A DNA stretch of 64,000 nucleotides from an uncultured Hyphomicrobiales bacterium (GCA_964513465.1 CAZEMR010000005.1:14948-78947); one strand, 5' to 3'. Shown: positions 36,736-46,968, counted from the first letter of the stretch. Made by a program: numbers and translations. The notes: generated from the sequence alone by a model not told the origin.

Positions 36736-37843
36736 CAGCACAATTGCAGAGATCGACCTCTCGGCCATCAGGGACAATTTGCGTTCCATCAGAAGCTATA
36801 ACTCAGGAATTCCGATAGTTGCCATCGTCAAGGCCAATGCCTATGGCCATGGAATTATCGAAATATCTCGCGTATTGCGTAGCCAGAATGTGCGCTTTTT
36901 GGGCGTTGCATTCGCCGAAGAGGCAGCCGCCCTACGCGATTCCGGAGACAATGGCGATATTATGCTAATCGTGCCGCCCACGGCGTTCGATGCCGAACTC
37001 GTTGTGCGCCACCGCCTGCATATTGCCGCTGCCGACTGCTCCGCGCTAGAAGCCATATCCGCCCGCGCCGCCGATGAGAATATAAAAATCCCCGCCCATA
37101 TATTTATAGATACCGGAATGCACCGCGACGGAATTCATCCCGACGAGGCATCCGATTTTTGCGCATTCGCTAAATCTTTGCCAGGTATATATATAGCTGG
37201 GGTAATGACTCATTTTGCCACAGCAGATAGCCCCGACCGCGCTTTTGCGCTCGGACAGCTTGCCGTGTTTAATCGAACAGTTGCCGCGCTACGCGCAGGC
37301 GGGTACGAATTCGAATTCGTTCATGCCTGCAATTCCGCCGGAATGATCAATTTCCCCGAGGCATGGTTCAATCTCATCCGGCCGGGAATATCATTATACG
37401 GGATGCTGCCCGACCCCGCGCTGCACGGGAAAATCGAGCTGCGGCCCGCGCTGCGCCTTGTCTCGCGCGTGATCAAGACCAAATCCGTCCAGCCGGGCGA
37501 AACAGTCGGCTACAGTATGAAATTTGTCGCCGAATCGCCCACCCGTATAGCAGTGGTACCAATCGGTTATGGCGACGGATATTTTCGCGCGCTGACCAAT
37601 AAAGCGCAATGTATTATCAAAGGGTGCAGTTATAATCTTATCGGGTCTGTTTGTATGGATCAATTGATGGTCGATATCGGCGACGGCGACGTCGAAGTGG
37701 GCGACGAAGTTGTGCTCATCGGCACCGGCGGCGGGGAATCTGTCACTGCGAACGATCTGGCCGGGCTGGTCGATACGATCCCCTACGAGATAACGACGTC
37801 GATCCTCCAGCGGACTCCGCGGCGTTATATCAATGCGGAATAA
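36731..37843 (+). CDS. alr: Alanine racemase
   Basis: PLP-lysine motif VKANAYGHG. Fold-type III layout with C-terminal beta domain. Confidence 0.9.
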   Translation: MRSTIAEIDLSAIRDNLRSIRSYNSGIPIVAIVKANAYGHGIIEISRVLRSQNVRFLGVAFAEEAAALRDSGDNGDIMLIVPPTAFDAELVVRHRLHIAAADCSALEAISARAADENIKIPAHIFIDTGMHRDGIHPDEASDFCAFAKSLPGIYIAGVMTHFATADSPDRAFALGQLAVFNRTVAALRAGGYEFEFVHACNSAGMINFPEAWFNLIRPGISLYGMLPDPALHGKIELRPALRLVSRVIKTKSVQPGETVGYSMKFVAESPTRIAVVPIGYGDGYFRALTNKAQCIIKGCSYNLIGSVCMDQLMVDIGDGDVEVGDEVVLIGTGGGESVTANDLAGLVDTIPYEITTSILQRTPRRYINAE

Positions 37844-37967
37844 GCGGGTTATGCACATTTTGGGTCTGTGCGTCTGGAAGAATTGTGGAAAACTTCTGCG
37901 CCGCGCCGACCAGAAAATCCGTAAATTTGAAATTATATTTATAAAATAATTAAATATATTTAATTAA

Positions 37968-38690
37968 ATGTATAACATAAAACTGCCGAATTTCGAGGGG
38001 CCATTCGACCTTTTGCTGTATTTCATCAAAAGGGACGAGATCAATATATACGATATCCCCATCGCCAGGATCACCGAGGAATTCCTCAATTACATCCGGC
38101 TGATGAAGATATTCGATCTCGAGCTGGCCGGCGAATTCGTACTGATGGCAGCAAATCTGATGTATATCAAAACTCAGATGCTGCTGCCGCGCTATAAGGA
38201 CGAAGAAGGCGAGGAGATCGAAGACCCGCGTACCCAGCTTGTGCAGCGCCTGCTCGAATATAAGCAGTTCAAAGAGGCCTCCGGCGAAATGGCCGAAATG
38301 GCCGAAGAGCAGCGCTATGTCTATTATCGCGAAGTCTTCGAGGCCGACGAGAATCAGGCCAATCCATCTGGATTTTACAAAAATGCCTCGCTTTTCGATC
38401 TCGTGAAGGCTTTCGGTCAGGTTATCAATCGCGGCGGCAAAGAGGAACCCCAGGAGCATGTGGTCAACTTGTTCCCGATTACGGTGGACGAAAAGAAGGG
38501 GTATATCCTTAAAGTGCTCGGCAAGCGCCATCGCATCAGCTTTTTCGATATTACCAAAGGCGAGAGCAGGCCGGGCATCGTGGTCACCGTATTGTCCCTG
38601 CTGGAGCTGATGCGCAGCCAAAAAATAATTTGTATGCAGGGCGAAGTATTCGACGACATCGTGATTGCGCTTAATCCGGATTTGAATTAA
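37968..38690 (+). CDS. scpA: Segregation and condensation protein A
   Basis: N-terminal FEGPFDLLLYFIKRDEINIYDIPIARITEEF. Confidence 0.85.
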   Translation: MYNIKLPNFEGPFDLLLYFIKRDEINIYDIPIARITEEFLNYIRLMKIFDLELAGEFVLMAANLMYIKTQMLLPRYKDEEGEEIEDPRTQLVQRLLEYKQFKEASGEMAEMAEEQRYVYYREVFEADENQANPSGFYKNASLFDLVKAFGQVINRGGKEEPQEHVVNLFPITVDEKKGYILKVLGKRHRISFFDITKGESRPGIVVTVLSLLELMRSQKIICMQGEVFDDIVIALNPDLN

Positions 38691-38704
38691 TCAGGTAAAT
38701 ATAT

Positions 38705-39526
38705 ATGCAGCAGGCAGATAAACCATATTTTCTAAAACTCGGCAAGGACGAACAAAAAGCCGCCCTCGAGGCCGTCATTTTTTCGGCCGAGGAGCCGCTT
38801 TCCGCCCGGGCATTGCTCACCATACTGATAGGAGAAGAGCTTCCGCTCGATGTAAGCGAAACCCCCGAATCCGACGAATCCGGCAAGCCGCGCGGCGGCC
38901 AGATGTCGCTCGAGCAGGCAATATTCGACCGCTACCAGATTTCCCGCGAAACGATTTCAGATATGGTCGCCGAGATAAATGCCGATCTGGCAATCACCGG
39001 GCGGCCGTTCCAGATAGTGCATTACGGCGGGGGATACCAGTTTGCCACCCGCCAGGAATACGGCGAGCTTGTTACCCGCTTGATGAAATCCCGCACACGT
39101 CGCCGGCTTTCGCAGGCCGCGCTCGAATCGCTCGCGATTATCGCATACCGCCAGCCCGTCACCAAACCCGAAGTGGAGCAGATTCGCGGCGTCAATTCAA
39201 ATGAAGTAATCAATTCTCTCGTAGAAAAGAAGCTGGTGCGCACAGTCGGACGCAAGGATGTGCTCGGCAAACCGCTGCTGTATGGCACAACGCCCGAATT
39301 TCTGATAACCTTCGGACTAAACACACTGGAAGACCTGCCCAAGCTCCGCGAGATCGAAGAGCTTGCCGGCGATCTCTCGTCGATGAAAGAGAATTTGCAA
39401 GATATCACCATCAATATCGTCGATAAAGATAAAGACGAAGCCGCGGAAAACACCGAAAATGATTCTAAAGCAGAAGAAAACCCCCGGATTGAAGAATCCC
39501 AAGATATTGAAAATTCAAACGATTAG
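38705..39526 (+). CDS. scpB: Segregation and condensation protein B (with acidic C-terminal extension)
   Basis: Winged-helix motifs (ALEAVIFSAEEPLS…LESLAIIAYRQPVTKPEVEQIRGV). Confidence 0.85.
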   Translation: MQQADKPYFLKLGKDEQKAALEAVIFSAEEPLSARALLTILIGEELPLDVSETPESDESGKPRGGQMSLEQAIFDRYQISRETISDMVAEINADLAITGRPFQIVHYGGGYQFATRQEYGELVTRLMKSRTRRRLSQAALESLAIIAYRQPVTKPEVEQIRGVNSNEVINSLVEKKLVRTVGRKDVLGKPLLYGTTPEFLITFGLNTLEDLPKLREIEELAGDLSSMKENLQDITINIVDKDKDEAAENTENDSKAEENPRIEESQDIENSND

Positions 39527-39539
39527 ATGAATCTTATAT

Positions 39540-39600
39540 AAACTATATTACTGCACAGCAATATAGTTTTCATGTCTACGTCATTTCTCTCAAATGACGT
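39540..39600. promoter_or_regulatory. Two perfect inverted repeats upstream of trxA (candidate operator sites)
   Basis: AAACTATATT-N10-AATATAGTTT (39540-39569). ACGTCAT-N9-ATGACGT (39578-39600). Confidence 0.4.
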
Positions 39601-39642
39601 GCTTCTTATTTTTTTAATAAATATCCATAAGGAATAACTCGT

Positions 39643-40026
39643 ATGGAACATCTCACAAAAGACGAATTTCTCAGCAAAGTTTTCGATTATGAAAACAACA
39701 AAGAGTGGAATTTCCAGGGCGACAAACCCTGCGTGATCGACTTCTACGCCGATTGGTGCGGCCCCTGCAAAATGGTCAGCCCTATCATGGAAGAGCTTTC
39801 GAAAGAATACGAAGGCAAGGTCGATGTATATAAAATCGACACGGAAACCGAACAGGAACTCGCCGCGGTATTCGGCATTCGCAGCATCCCCTCGGTGCTC
39901 TTCTGCCCGACCGACGACAAGCCGCGCATGGCCGTTGGCGCTCTGCCCAAAGACGGCTATATCCAGGCCATCAAAGATGTTTGCGGTGTGGAACATCCCG
40001 AAAAAGGCGACACCCGCAATAACTAA
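39643..40026 (+). CDS. trxA: Thioredoxin
   Basis: Active site WCGPC. Confidence 0.9.
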   Translation: MEHLTKDEFLSKVFDYENNKEWNFQGDKPCVIDFYADWCGPCKMVSPIMEELSKEYEGKVDVYKIDTETEQELAAVFGIRSIPSVLFCPTDDKPRMAVGALPKDGYIQAIKDVCGVEHPEKGDTRNN

Positions 40027-40040
40027 TTTGCGAGCAGACA

Positions 40041-40265
40041 ATGAATAAATATATTCAGATAGTAATCGGCGGAATCATGGGCGCGCTGCTCGGATATGCA
40101 TACTTTTATTTTATTGGATGCAACACCGGGAGCTGCCCGATCACGTCGAAGTGGGAGGTATCCACCCTCTATGGCGCTTTTGCCGGAGCGATTGTGGCAT
40201 GGCCATCCCGCAAAAAGAACAAGAAAGATTATGGAAAAGACACAGCAGAAACCAAAGATAACTAA
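40041..40265 (+). CDS. Small membrane protein with conserved Cys pair (CNTGSC)
   Basis: Two hydrophobic helices flank IGCNTGSCPI. Basic C-terminal tail. Confidence 0.4.
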   Translation: MNKYIQIVIGGIMGALLGYAYFYFIGCNTGSCPITSKWEVSTLYGAFAGAIVAWPSRKKNKKDYGKDTAETKDN

Positions 40266-40449
40266 GGACACATCGATCGAGGAGATGACCAATCTCATTC
40301 CTCAGTCGGTTACCTATCTGATGAAAGAAGGCATCAGGTGTATTCGCTGCGGCGACCCGATATGGGGTACACTCGAATCCGCCGCAATCGAGAAAGGCTT
40401 TACGCCACAGGATGTCGAACGATTCGTCAGAGAGATCAACCAGCTTTAG
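40231..40449 (+). CDS. DUF1858-like redox-disulfide domain protein (ScdA N-domain / hybrid-cluster-protein-associated type)
   Basis: MEKTQQ… with the characteristic LMKEGIRCIRCGDPIWGTLESAA motif. The ORF track Met at 40096 is an out-of-frame overlap with the previous gene, and the likely real start is 40231. Confidence 0.55.
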   Translation: MEKTQQKPKITKDTSIEEMTNLIPQSVTYLMKEGIRCIRCGDPIWGTLESAAIEKGFTPQDVERFVREINQL

Positions 40450-40576
40450 AATAACCCCTTTTCTATCGAACTGCCGCGAATGCCTAAGAGGCGTTCGCGG
40501 TTTTTTATTTACTGCATTGCTTCTTTTTTTATATTTTTGCTGATACTGATTTCGTGAATATATAAACCGGAGGATA

Positions 40577-42040
40577 ATGCTCGCCCGCCTGAAATCGCTT
40601 TTATCCGATACAATGATCTACGGTCTGTTCAATATCGTGGGGCGTTTTCTGGCGTTTCTGATATATCCATTCTATTCGAATTACCTTGCCCAGGGCGTAA
40701 TCGGCGATATTTCGAACATTTTCGCAATAATTGCATTCCTCAATATAATATATTCATTCGGGCTTGAATCCGCATTTTTCCGATTCTACAAAAATGATGA
40801 CCCGGAATACAGCAAAGTCGTTTTTACTCAATGTCTTGGCGGAATACTAATCGTCAGCGGACTCGCGTCGCTTGCGATCTATCTCTCGGCAGAGCGGATC
40901 GCGCCCGCAATGACCAGCTTTGGCGATCCGGTGGCGGTAGTGCGCATGGCCGCATTCATCCCGTTTTTCGATGCGATGATCCTTGTGCCCTACGCGCTTT
41001 TGCGGATGACCCGCCAGGCGATGAAATTCGCATTAACCCGCTTTCTGCTGATCGTAATATATGTAGTTATGAATCTCTGGCTGGTAATCGCAATGCGGAT
41101 GGGCATCGAAGGCGTATTTTTGGCCAATCTGATCTCATCGGTCAGCGGAGCGGTGATTTTTGCCGGATTAATAATTAAGCATCTTAAATTCAGATTAGAT
41201 AAAGATTTATTAAAAAAATTGCTGCGATTCGGAATTCCGACAATCCCCGCAAGCCTGGCCGCAATCATACTTCAGGTGGCCGATAAGCCCATACTCAAAT
41301 CGCTGGCAGGATCCGCCGAACTGGGCATTTACAGCATTAATTACAAGCTCGGCATCCCGATGATGATGATGGTCACCATATTCGAATACGCATGGAAGCC
41401 GTTCTATTTGAATTACTACAAGGAGGAAGGCTCGGGCGGGATGTTCGCGCGGGTGCTGACCTACTTCACGATGGCCTGTGCGGGGCTGTTCCTTGCCGTA
41501 TCTTTGTTTATCGATTATATCGTCCGGATACCATCGCTGGGCGGCCCGTTTATCAATCCGAAATTCTGGGAGGGGCTGGGCATTGTGCCGATAATCCTCG
41601 CGGGGTATTATTTCAACGGAATGTTCAATAATTTCGCCGCCGGGATTCAGATAAGCAAGCGCACGGAGTTTTTCCCGATTGCAGTCGGCGCTGCGGCAGC
41701 AGTCAATATCGGCATGAACTTCGCTCTGATCCCCGTATTCGGATATGTGGCGGCGGCATGGGCAACCCTTGTGGCCTATCTCGTCAGCGCTGGAGTATTA
41801 TATATATTCTCCCGGAAATTATACGAAATAAAATATGAATGGAAGCGCATCGGGATAATCATCGCCGCTACGATGCTGGTTTATTTCGGCTCGCAGATCG
41901 TGACCTCGGGCATGACGCTATGGCCGGCCTTTTTCGTCAAAATCGCCTTTCTGATTGTATTTTTTATATTATTAAAAATAATGAAATTCTTCACCGCCGG
42001 AGAGATAGCCCGCATCAAAAAAATATTCCGCCGGGGATAA
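40577..42040 (+). CDS. Oligosaccharide/polysaccharide flippase (Wzx/MOP-superfamily) membrane protein
   Basis: About 14 TM helices. N-terminal MIYGLFNIVGRFLAFLIYPFY pattern of polysaccharide biosynthesis (PST) proteins. Confidence 0.7.
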   Translation: MLARLKSLLSDTMIYGLFNIVGRFLAFLIYPFYSNYLAQGVIGDISNIFAIIAFLNIIYSFGLESAFFRFYKNDDPEYSKVVFTQCLGGILIVSGLASLAIYLSAERIAPAMTSFGDPVAVVRMAAFIPFFDAMILVPYALLRMTRQAMKFALTRFLLIVIYVVMNLWLVIAMRMGIEGVFLANLISSVSGAVIFAGLIIKHLKFRLDKDLLKKLLRFGIPTIPASLAAIILQVADKPILKSLAGSAELGIYSINYKLGIPMMMMVTIFEYAWKPFYLNYYKEEGSGGMFARVLTYFTMACAGLFLAVSLFIDYIVRIPSLGGPFINPKFWEGLGIVPIILAGYYFNGMFNNFAAGIQISKRTEFFPIAVGAAAAVNIGMNFALIPVFGYVAAAWATLVAYLVSAGVLYIFSRKLYEIKYEWKRIGIIIAATMLVYFGSQIVTSGMTLWPAFFVKIAFLIVFFILLKIMKFFTAGEIARIKKIFRRG

Positions 42041-42041
42041 A

Positions 42042-42788
42042 TCAAAACACTCCAAGCAGCTTCAGAGACATAATAAATATGGCAACGATCAGCACGTAGC
42101 GGATCAGCTTGTCGCCTTTTTTGACAGAGAACTTAGCTGCGAACCAGCCGCCTGTGGCGTTGCCCGCTGCCAGCGCAAGCCCCAGCCCCCAGTTGACGTT
42201 ATCAGTTAAAATGAAGACCACCAGAGCGGGAATTGTATAGACCAGCACGACGAAAACCTTGTGCATATTCACGTTCGCGAGCGAGATTTTCAGGAGGTTA
42301 TAGATCGCGGCCATAAGCAGGAATCCCACGCCGACCTGGATGAACCCGCCATAAAATCCGATGCCGAACATCGCCGCATAAATCCAGGGCGAGGTCTTTT
42401 CGGCGGGAGCCTCGCCGGTGATCTTTTTACGCGGTATCAGCATACTTATCACAACGCCGATCATAACAAAGCCGAGGATGGTCTGGAATAATTCGTCGGA
42501 AATCCGCACAGCGAAAATCGCGCCGGCGATGCCTCCGGGCAACGTGAATATCGCCATTTTCATACTCGTTTTGAATTCACTGTATTTTTCCTGGCGGAAC
42601 GAAGCAATAGCCGATACGTTTTGCAGCGCGATTGCCACGCGGTTGGTGCCGTTCGCCACCGAGGGGTCAAGCCCGAGAAATATCAGAATCGGCAGGGCAA
42701 TCGTCGAGCCGCCGCCCGCCATTACGTTCATAAACCCGGCCGCTATACCGACCCCAAGGAGAAGGAGGATGCTGGAGATGTCGATCAT
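42042..42788 (-). CDS. TauE/SafE (TSUP) family sulfite/anion exporter
   Basis: GVGIAAGFMNVMAGGGSTIALPIL and internal repeat. Confidence 0.8.
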   Translation of the reverse strand: MIDISSILLLLGVGIAAGFMNVMAGGGSTIALPILIFLGLDPSVANGTNRVAIALQNVSAIASFRQEKYSEFKTSMKMAIFTLPGGIAGAIFAVRISDELFQTILGFVMIGVVISMLIPRKKITGEAPAEKTSPWIYAAMFGIGFYGGFIQVGVGFLLMAAIYNLLKISLANVNMHKVFVVLVYTIPALVVFILTDNVNWGLGLALAAGNATGGWFAAKFSVKKGDKLIRYVLIVAIFIMSLKLLGVF

Positions 42789-42880
42789 TGTCTGAATTTA
42801 TTAATTTCTGAAAAAATCTTGTATTTTTGAAAATCTCAAAAAGCAAAAATATCAAATTGACAGCAAATGGAGAAATCCTA

Positions 42881-43771
42881 ATGAAATATATATTGCCCGA
42901 CCACGACGAGCCTCTATTCCGTCCGCCAAGCGAGGCCGCATCGCTGATATTCCAGATCACCCGCGGCTGCTCGTGGAATCGATGCGCCTTCTGCGAGATG
43001 TACACCACCAAACGGTTCAGCGTCCGCCCCGAAGAGGAAACGCTCGAGGAAATCCGCCGGACTGCCGAAATCGCCGCGGACGCCCGCAAGATATTTCTCG
43101 CCGATGGCGACGCGATGGCGATATCCACCCGCCGGCTAATAAATATATTGAACGAAATAAATAAATATTACCCAAAAGCGAGGCGAATATCGGCTTATGC
43201 ATCGCCGCGGAATCTGCGCGACAAATCCGTCGATGAGCTGATCGAAATCCGCCGCGCAGGGCTGGAGCTGATTTACGTCGGCATCGAATCCGGCGACGAC
43301 GAGGTGCTTCGTATGGCAGATAAGGGCGAGACATACCAATCCACAGCCGAATCCATGCTGAAGGCAAAGGAGGCCGATATAAAAATCTCCTCGATGATAA
43401 TTACCGGCCTCGGCGGCAGGCGATACTCCGAGCAACACGCCATAAACTCCGCAAGGCTGGTCAGCCGGATCGGGCCGGAATTCCTGTCGACTCTGGTGCT
43501 CAGCTTCCCGTTCGGCGTCGATCATTTTCGGGGGCGCTTCGATGGTGAATTCGAGGAAATGGGGATGATGGATTTATTGCGCGAAATGCGCTTATTTATC
43601 GAAAATCTGGAGCTTGCAGGCTCGATATTCCGCAGCGACCATGCCTCGAATTATTTATCGCTCCGTGGAATTTTATCTCGGGATAAGGCGCGATTGCTTG
43701 AAAAAATTGATTATGCGCTAAATAATCCCGGTTCGGCTGGTTTGCGCCCCGAATGGATGCGCGGACTTTGA
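42881..43771 (+). CDS. Radical SAM domain protein with noncanonical Cx4Cx2C cluster motif
   Basis: QITRGCSWNRCAFCEMY. Downstream glycine-rich SAM-binding segment (IFLADGDAM) and IYVGIESGDDEVL. Start at 42881 is preceded by GGAGA. The ORF track Met is at 42827. Confidence 0.7.
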   Translation: MKYILPDHDEPLFRPPSEAASLIFQITRGCSWNRCAFCEMYTTKRFSVRPEEETLEEIRRTAEIAADARKIFLADGDAMAISTRRLINILNEINKYYPKARRISAYASPRNLRDKSVDELIEIRRAGLELIYVGIESGDDEVLRMADKGETYQSTAESMLKAKEADIKISSMIITGLGGRRYSEQHAINSARLVSRIGPEFLSTLVLSFPFGVDHFRGRFDGEFEEMGMMDLLREMRLFIENLELAGSIFRSDHASNYLSLRGILSRDKARLLEKIDYALNNPGSAGLRPEWMRGL

Positions 43772-43818
43772 AATTAATTTAATATATTTGTTTTTTTATT
43801 AATTATTAAAAATAAATA

Positions 43819-44658
43819 ATGTCAAATCTTAAGATCGAAGATAAATTACTTCCGACTCTTGCCCAGCCGGTTTCTCAGCTCGTTACCGAAAATCAATTCA
43901 ACGAGCCGGTTTATGACGAATGGCTCGACGAAATCCGCGAAGCAAAACGAATGCACCGCAAGCAGTGGGAATTTATTTATATACTCCGCTCGCTGGATTC
44001 GCACGGCCAGCTTCGCACCGGGCAAAAGGGCATCGGATTCGGAGTGGGGTCGGAGCCGCTGCCGGCCGCAATGGCAAAACGCGGCTGCAAGGTAGTCGCC
44101 ACAGAGATCAACATCCAGAAGCGCCACGAGAAGGGCTGGGTGCGCAACCAGACAGTCGAATCGCAGCTTGCCAAACTCAACGAACGCGATATTTGCCCGC
44201 CGGATCAGTTCCGCGAAAACGTCAGCTACCGCGATGTGGATATGAACGACATCCCTGCCGATCTGCGCCGAGGGGAGTTCGATTTCGTGTGGTCTTGCTG
44301 CGCGCTGGAGCACCTCGGTACTATGGAGAAATGCACCGAATTCATATTCAAAAGCCTCGAATGCCTGAAGCCCGGCGGGGTGGCATCGCATACGACAGAA
44401 TATAATACCTTCGGTTTCTGGACGGTGCGGCATGGCTCGACCGTTTTTTTCCGTCGGAAGGAAATCGTCGATATCGCGCGCCGACTGACCGAATCGGGCC
44501 ACCATATAGAGCTTAATCTTAACAAAGGCCGCACCAGGCTCGACCGCCACTACGACTGGCCGCCATACAAACAGGACAACCACCTGAAGCTGATGGTATC
44601 CAAGCAATGGAAATTTATCGGCGCGACCTCGATCGGGCTGACTATTCGCAAAAAATAA
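43819..44658 (+). CDS. Putative class I SAM-dependent methyltransferase-like protein
   Basis: Motif I-like GIGFGVGSEPL and acidic loop KVVATEI. The opposite-strand ORF was judged to be a shadow. Confidence 0.5.
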   Translation: MSNLKIEDKLLPTLAQPVSQLVTENQFNEPVYDEWLDEIREAKRMHRKQWEFIYILRSLDSHGQLRTGQKGIGFGVGSEPLPAAMAKRGCKVVATEINIQKRHEKGWVRNQTVESQLAKLNERDICPPDQFRENVSYRDVDMNDIPADLRRGEFDFVWSCCALEHLGTMEKCTEFIFKSLECLKPGGVASHTTEYNTFGFWTVRHGSTVFFRRKEIVDIARRLTESGHHIELNLNKGRTRLDRHYDWPPYKQDNHLKLMVSKQWKFIGATSIGLTIRKK

Positions 44659-44708
44659 AGCTGCCCCGCGCATTGCAGAGCAGCCTTAAGCAATTCAATT
44701 ATATATAT

Positions 44709-45770
44709 TTATGCGATCGTTATGCTGGTGTCCAGATAGACATCCTGGATCGTATTAAGCAGCTTGACGCCATCGGCCATCGGGCGCTGGAATGCCTTGC
44801 GGCCGGAGATAAGCCCCATGCCGCCTGCGCGCTTGTTGATCACCGCGGTTTTGGCTGCTTCTGCGAAGTCGTTTTCGCCGGATGCCCCGCCGCTGTTGAT
44901 CAGTCCGCAGCGTCCCATATAGCAATTCGCCACCTGGTAGCGCGCAAGGTCGATCGGGTGGTCGCTAGTAAGATCGGTATACATCTTTTCGCTGAATTTG
45001 CCATATTTTTCGTCCTTATTTATCGCTTTGTAACCGCCATTGTTCTGCGGCAGCTTCTGCTTGACGATATCCGCCTGGAGCGTAACGCCGAGGTGGTTGG
45101 CCTGGCCGGTCAGGTCGGCGGATGTGTGGTAATCCTTGTCCTTTTTGAAAGCGGAATTGCGCAGGTAGCACCACAGCACTGTCGCCATGCCCAGCTCGTG
45201 CGCATACTGGAAAGCTTCTGCGATTTCGACGATCTGCGGGTTGCTGCCGTCGCTGCCGAAGTAGATTGTTGCCCCCACTGCGGCCGCGCCCATGTCGTAG
45301 GCCTCCTCGATATTTCCGAACATAATCTGGTCGTAATCATTCGGATAGGAGAGCATTTCGTTGTGGTTGACCTTTACGAGGAAAGGAATCTTGTGGGCAT
45401 ATTTGCGCGACATAATGCCGAGCACGCCAAAAGTCGAAGCCACTGCATTGCAGCCGCCTTCGATAGCAAGCTCGATAATTTTTTCCGGATCGAAATAAGC
45501 CGGATTGGGCGCAAAGCTGGCGCCGGCGGAATGCTCGATGCCCTGGTCGACGGGCAGGATCGAGAGATAGCCCGAGCCGCCGAGCCGTCCGTTGTTGAAC
45601 ATCCACTGCAGATTGCCGAGCACGCGGTTGTTGCGGTCGGAATTCATCCAGATGCGGTCGACGAAGTCGTGACCGGGCTTATGAAGCTGTTCTTTAGAAA
45701 TTTTGGGATTATCAAATCCGAGCAAATATTCAGTCTCATTGCCGAGAAGCTGTTGAATATCAGTACTCAT
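44709..45770 (-). CDS. Class I fructose-bisphosphate aldolase (FbaB/DhnA type)
   Basis: …[46 protein letters not shown]… is typical of class I FBA. About 350 aa. Confidence 0.75.
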   Translation of the reverse strand: MSTDIQQLLGNETEYLLGFDNPKISKEQLHKPGHDFVDRIWMNSDRNNRVLGNLQWMFNNGRLGGSGYLSILPVDQGIEHSAGASFAPNPAYFDPEKIIELAIEGGCNAVASTFGVLGIMSRKYAHKIPFLVKVNHNEMLSYPNDYDQIMFGNIEEAYDMGAAAVGATIYFGSDGSNPQIVEIAEAFQYAHELGMATVLWCYLRNSAFKKDKDYHTSADLTGQANHLGVTLQADIVKQKLPQNNGGYKAINKDEKYGKFSEKMYTDLTSDHPIDLARYQVANCYMGRCGLINSGGASGENDFAEAAKTAVINKRAGGMGLISGRKAFQRPMADGVKLLNTIQDVYLDTSITIA

Positions 45771-46035
45771 AAATACCTCCGGTTAGGGTTAAAAATATAT
45801 AAAAGAAGCGAGAGTGACTGGATTAGCCTGATGCAAAGATAACATTAAAACATAAAAAAAAATTTGCTAAAAGCAAAAAAAACATCCATAAAAATGCTAT
45901 TAAATGCGGAATGACACGGAAGATTCTACTCAATTATATAAATATTTTTCAACCAATTTGCTTCGTTTCTACAAAATTCTCTTTAAATTATTTATATTGA
46001 ATTAACCTAATTGCAATTAACGTATCGGAGAAATT

Positions 46036-46968
46036 ATGAATAATCCTTCCTCTGCTTCCACCTGGGCGGCGCAGTTCCGGGCGCCATTTTTGCTGCTGGC
46101 GGTAGTGCTTGTGCTGATTGGCCTTGCATTTGCAGTAAAATATCCCGGCCCCGACGGATTCAGTCTGCTCCGTGCCGTGCTGCTGATGATCGGCGTGGTT
46201 TCGGCGCATGCTTCGGTCAATCTATTCAATGAATATTCGGATTTCCGGACAAAAATCGATTTCCATACCCATCGCAATCCATTCAGTGGGGGCAGCGGTA
46301 TGCTGACCGAGGGCCGTACAACGCCGCGCGCTGTGCTGACTGCGGCGATCGTGATGCTCGCTATCGGCCTGGCGATTGGTATATATTTCATAATCGTATC
46401 GCACTGGATATTGCTGGCTTTGATAGCCCTCGGCGCGTTTGCGACTGTGTTCTATTCTTCGCTGCTGGCGCGGATTATGCTTGGAGAGCTGTTCGCAGGT
46501 CTGACCCTCGGGACATTTGTCGTGCTGGGCACATATATCGCTATGACGGCTACCCCGGGGATGGATTGGGGCGGACTGCTGCCGCGCGAAGTCTGGGTGC
46601 TGTCCATTTCGCCGGGCATTCTTACTGCGCTTTTGCTGCTGCTAAACGAATTCCCCGACGCCGAAGCCGATATCAAAGGGGGCCGCCGGCATCTGGTCAT
46701 TGTCTTTGGTATTCGCGGTGGAGCTATTATATATATAGCCGGGCTGATTGCGACTTATGCTATCATATTCTTTGCGCCGCTGGCAGAGATCAGCTCCTAC
46801 TGGACGTGGATTGCGCTTGCCACCATACCAATAGCTTCGAGAGCGAGCGATACGGCATGGAAACACGGCGGCGAGGTCGATCTTATCATCCCTGCTATGG
46901 GGCAGAATGTGATCGTAGTGCTCGCCACCGATCTGCTTATAGCTTTAAGTGTATTTGTTTCTGCGTGA
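46036..46968 (+). CDS. UbiA-family prenyltransferase (MenA-like)
   Basis: About 8-9 TM helices. Asp-rich motif NEYSDFRTKID. Second motif region with D/E cluster (NEFPDAEADIKGG). Confidence 0.7.
   Translation: MNNPSSASTWAAQFRAPFLLLAVVLVLIGLAFAVKYPGPDGFSLLRAVLLMIGVVSAHASVNLFNEYSDFRTKIDFHTHRNPFSGGSGMLTEGRTTPRAVLTAAIVMLAIGLAIGIYFIIVSHWILLALIALGAFATVFYSSLLARIMLGELFAGLTLGTFVVLGTYIAMTATPGMDWGGLLPREVWVLSISPGILTALLLLLNEFPDAEADIKGGRRHLVIVFGIRGGAIIYIAGLIATYAIIFFAPLAEISSYWTWIALATIPIASRASDTAWKHGGEVDLIIPAMGQNVIVVLATDLLIALSVFVSA

Noticed and set aside
40096-40449. 117-aa ORF as listed in the track
   Set aside because: Its first 45 codons overlap the preceding small membrane gene out of frame and encode an R/P-rich stretch. 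The conserved DUF1858-like part begins at the Met at 40231, so the gene was re-called there.
43846-44673. 275-aa minus-strand ORF opposite the methyltransferase-like gene
   Set aside because: R/A/L-rich, no motifs. The plus-strand product has a credible SAM-binding motif I, so the plus strand was preferred. That call is itself only moderate confidence.
44607-45842. 411-aa plus-strand ORF
   Set aside because: Antisense to the class I fructose-bisphosphate aldolase gene. No recognisable motifs.
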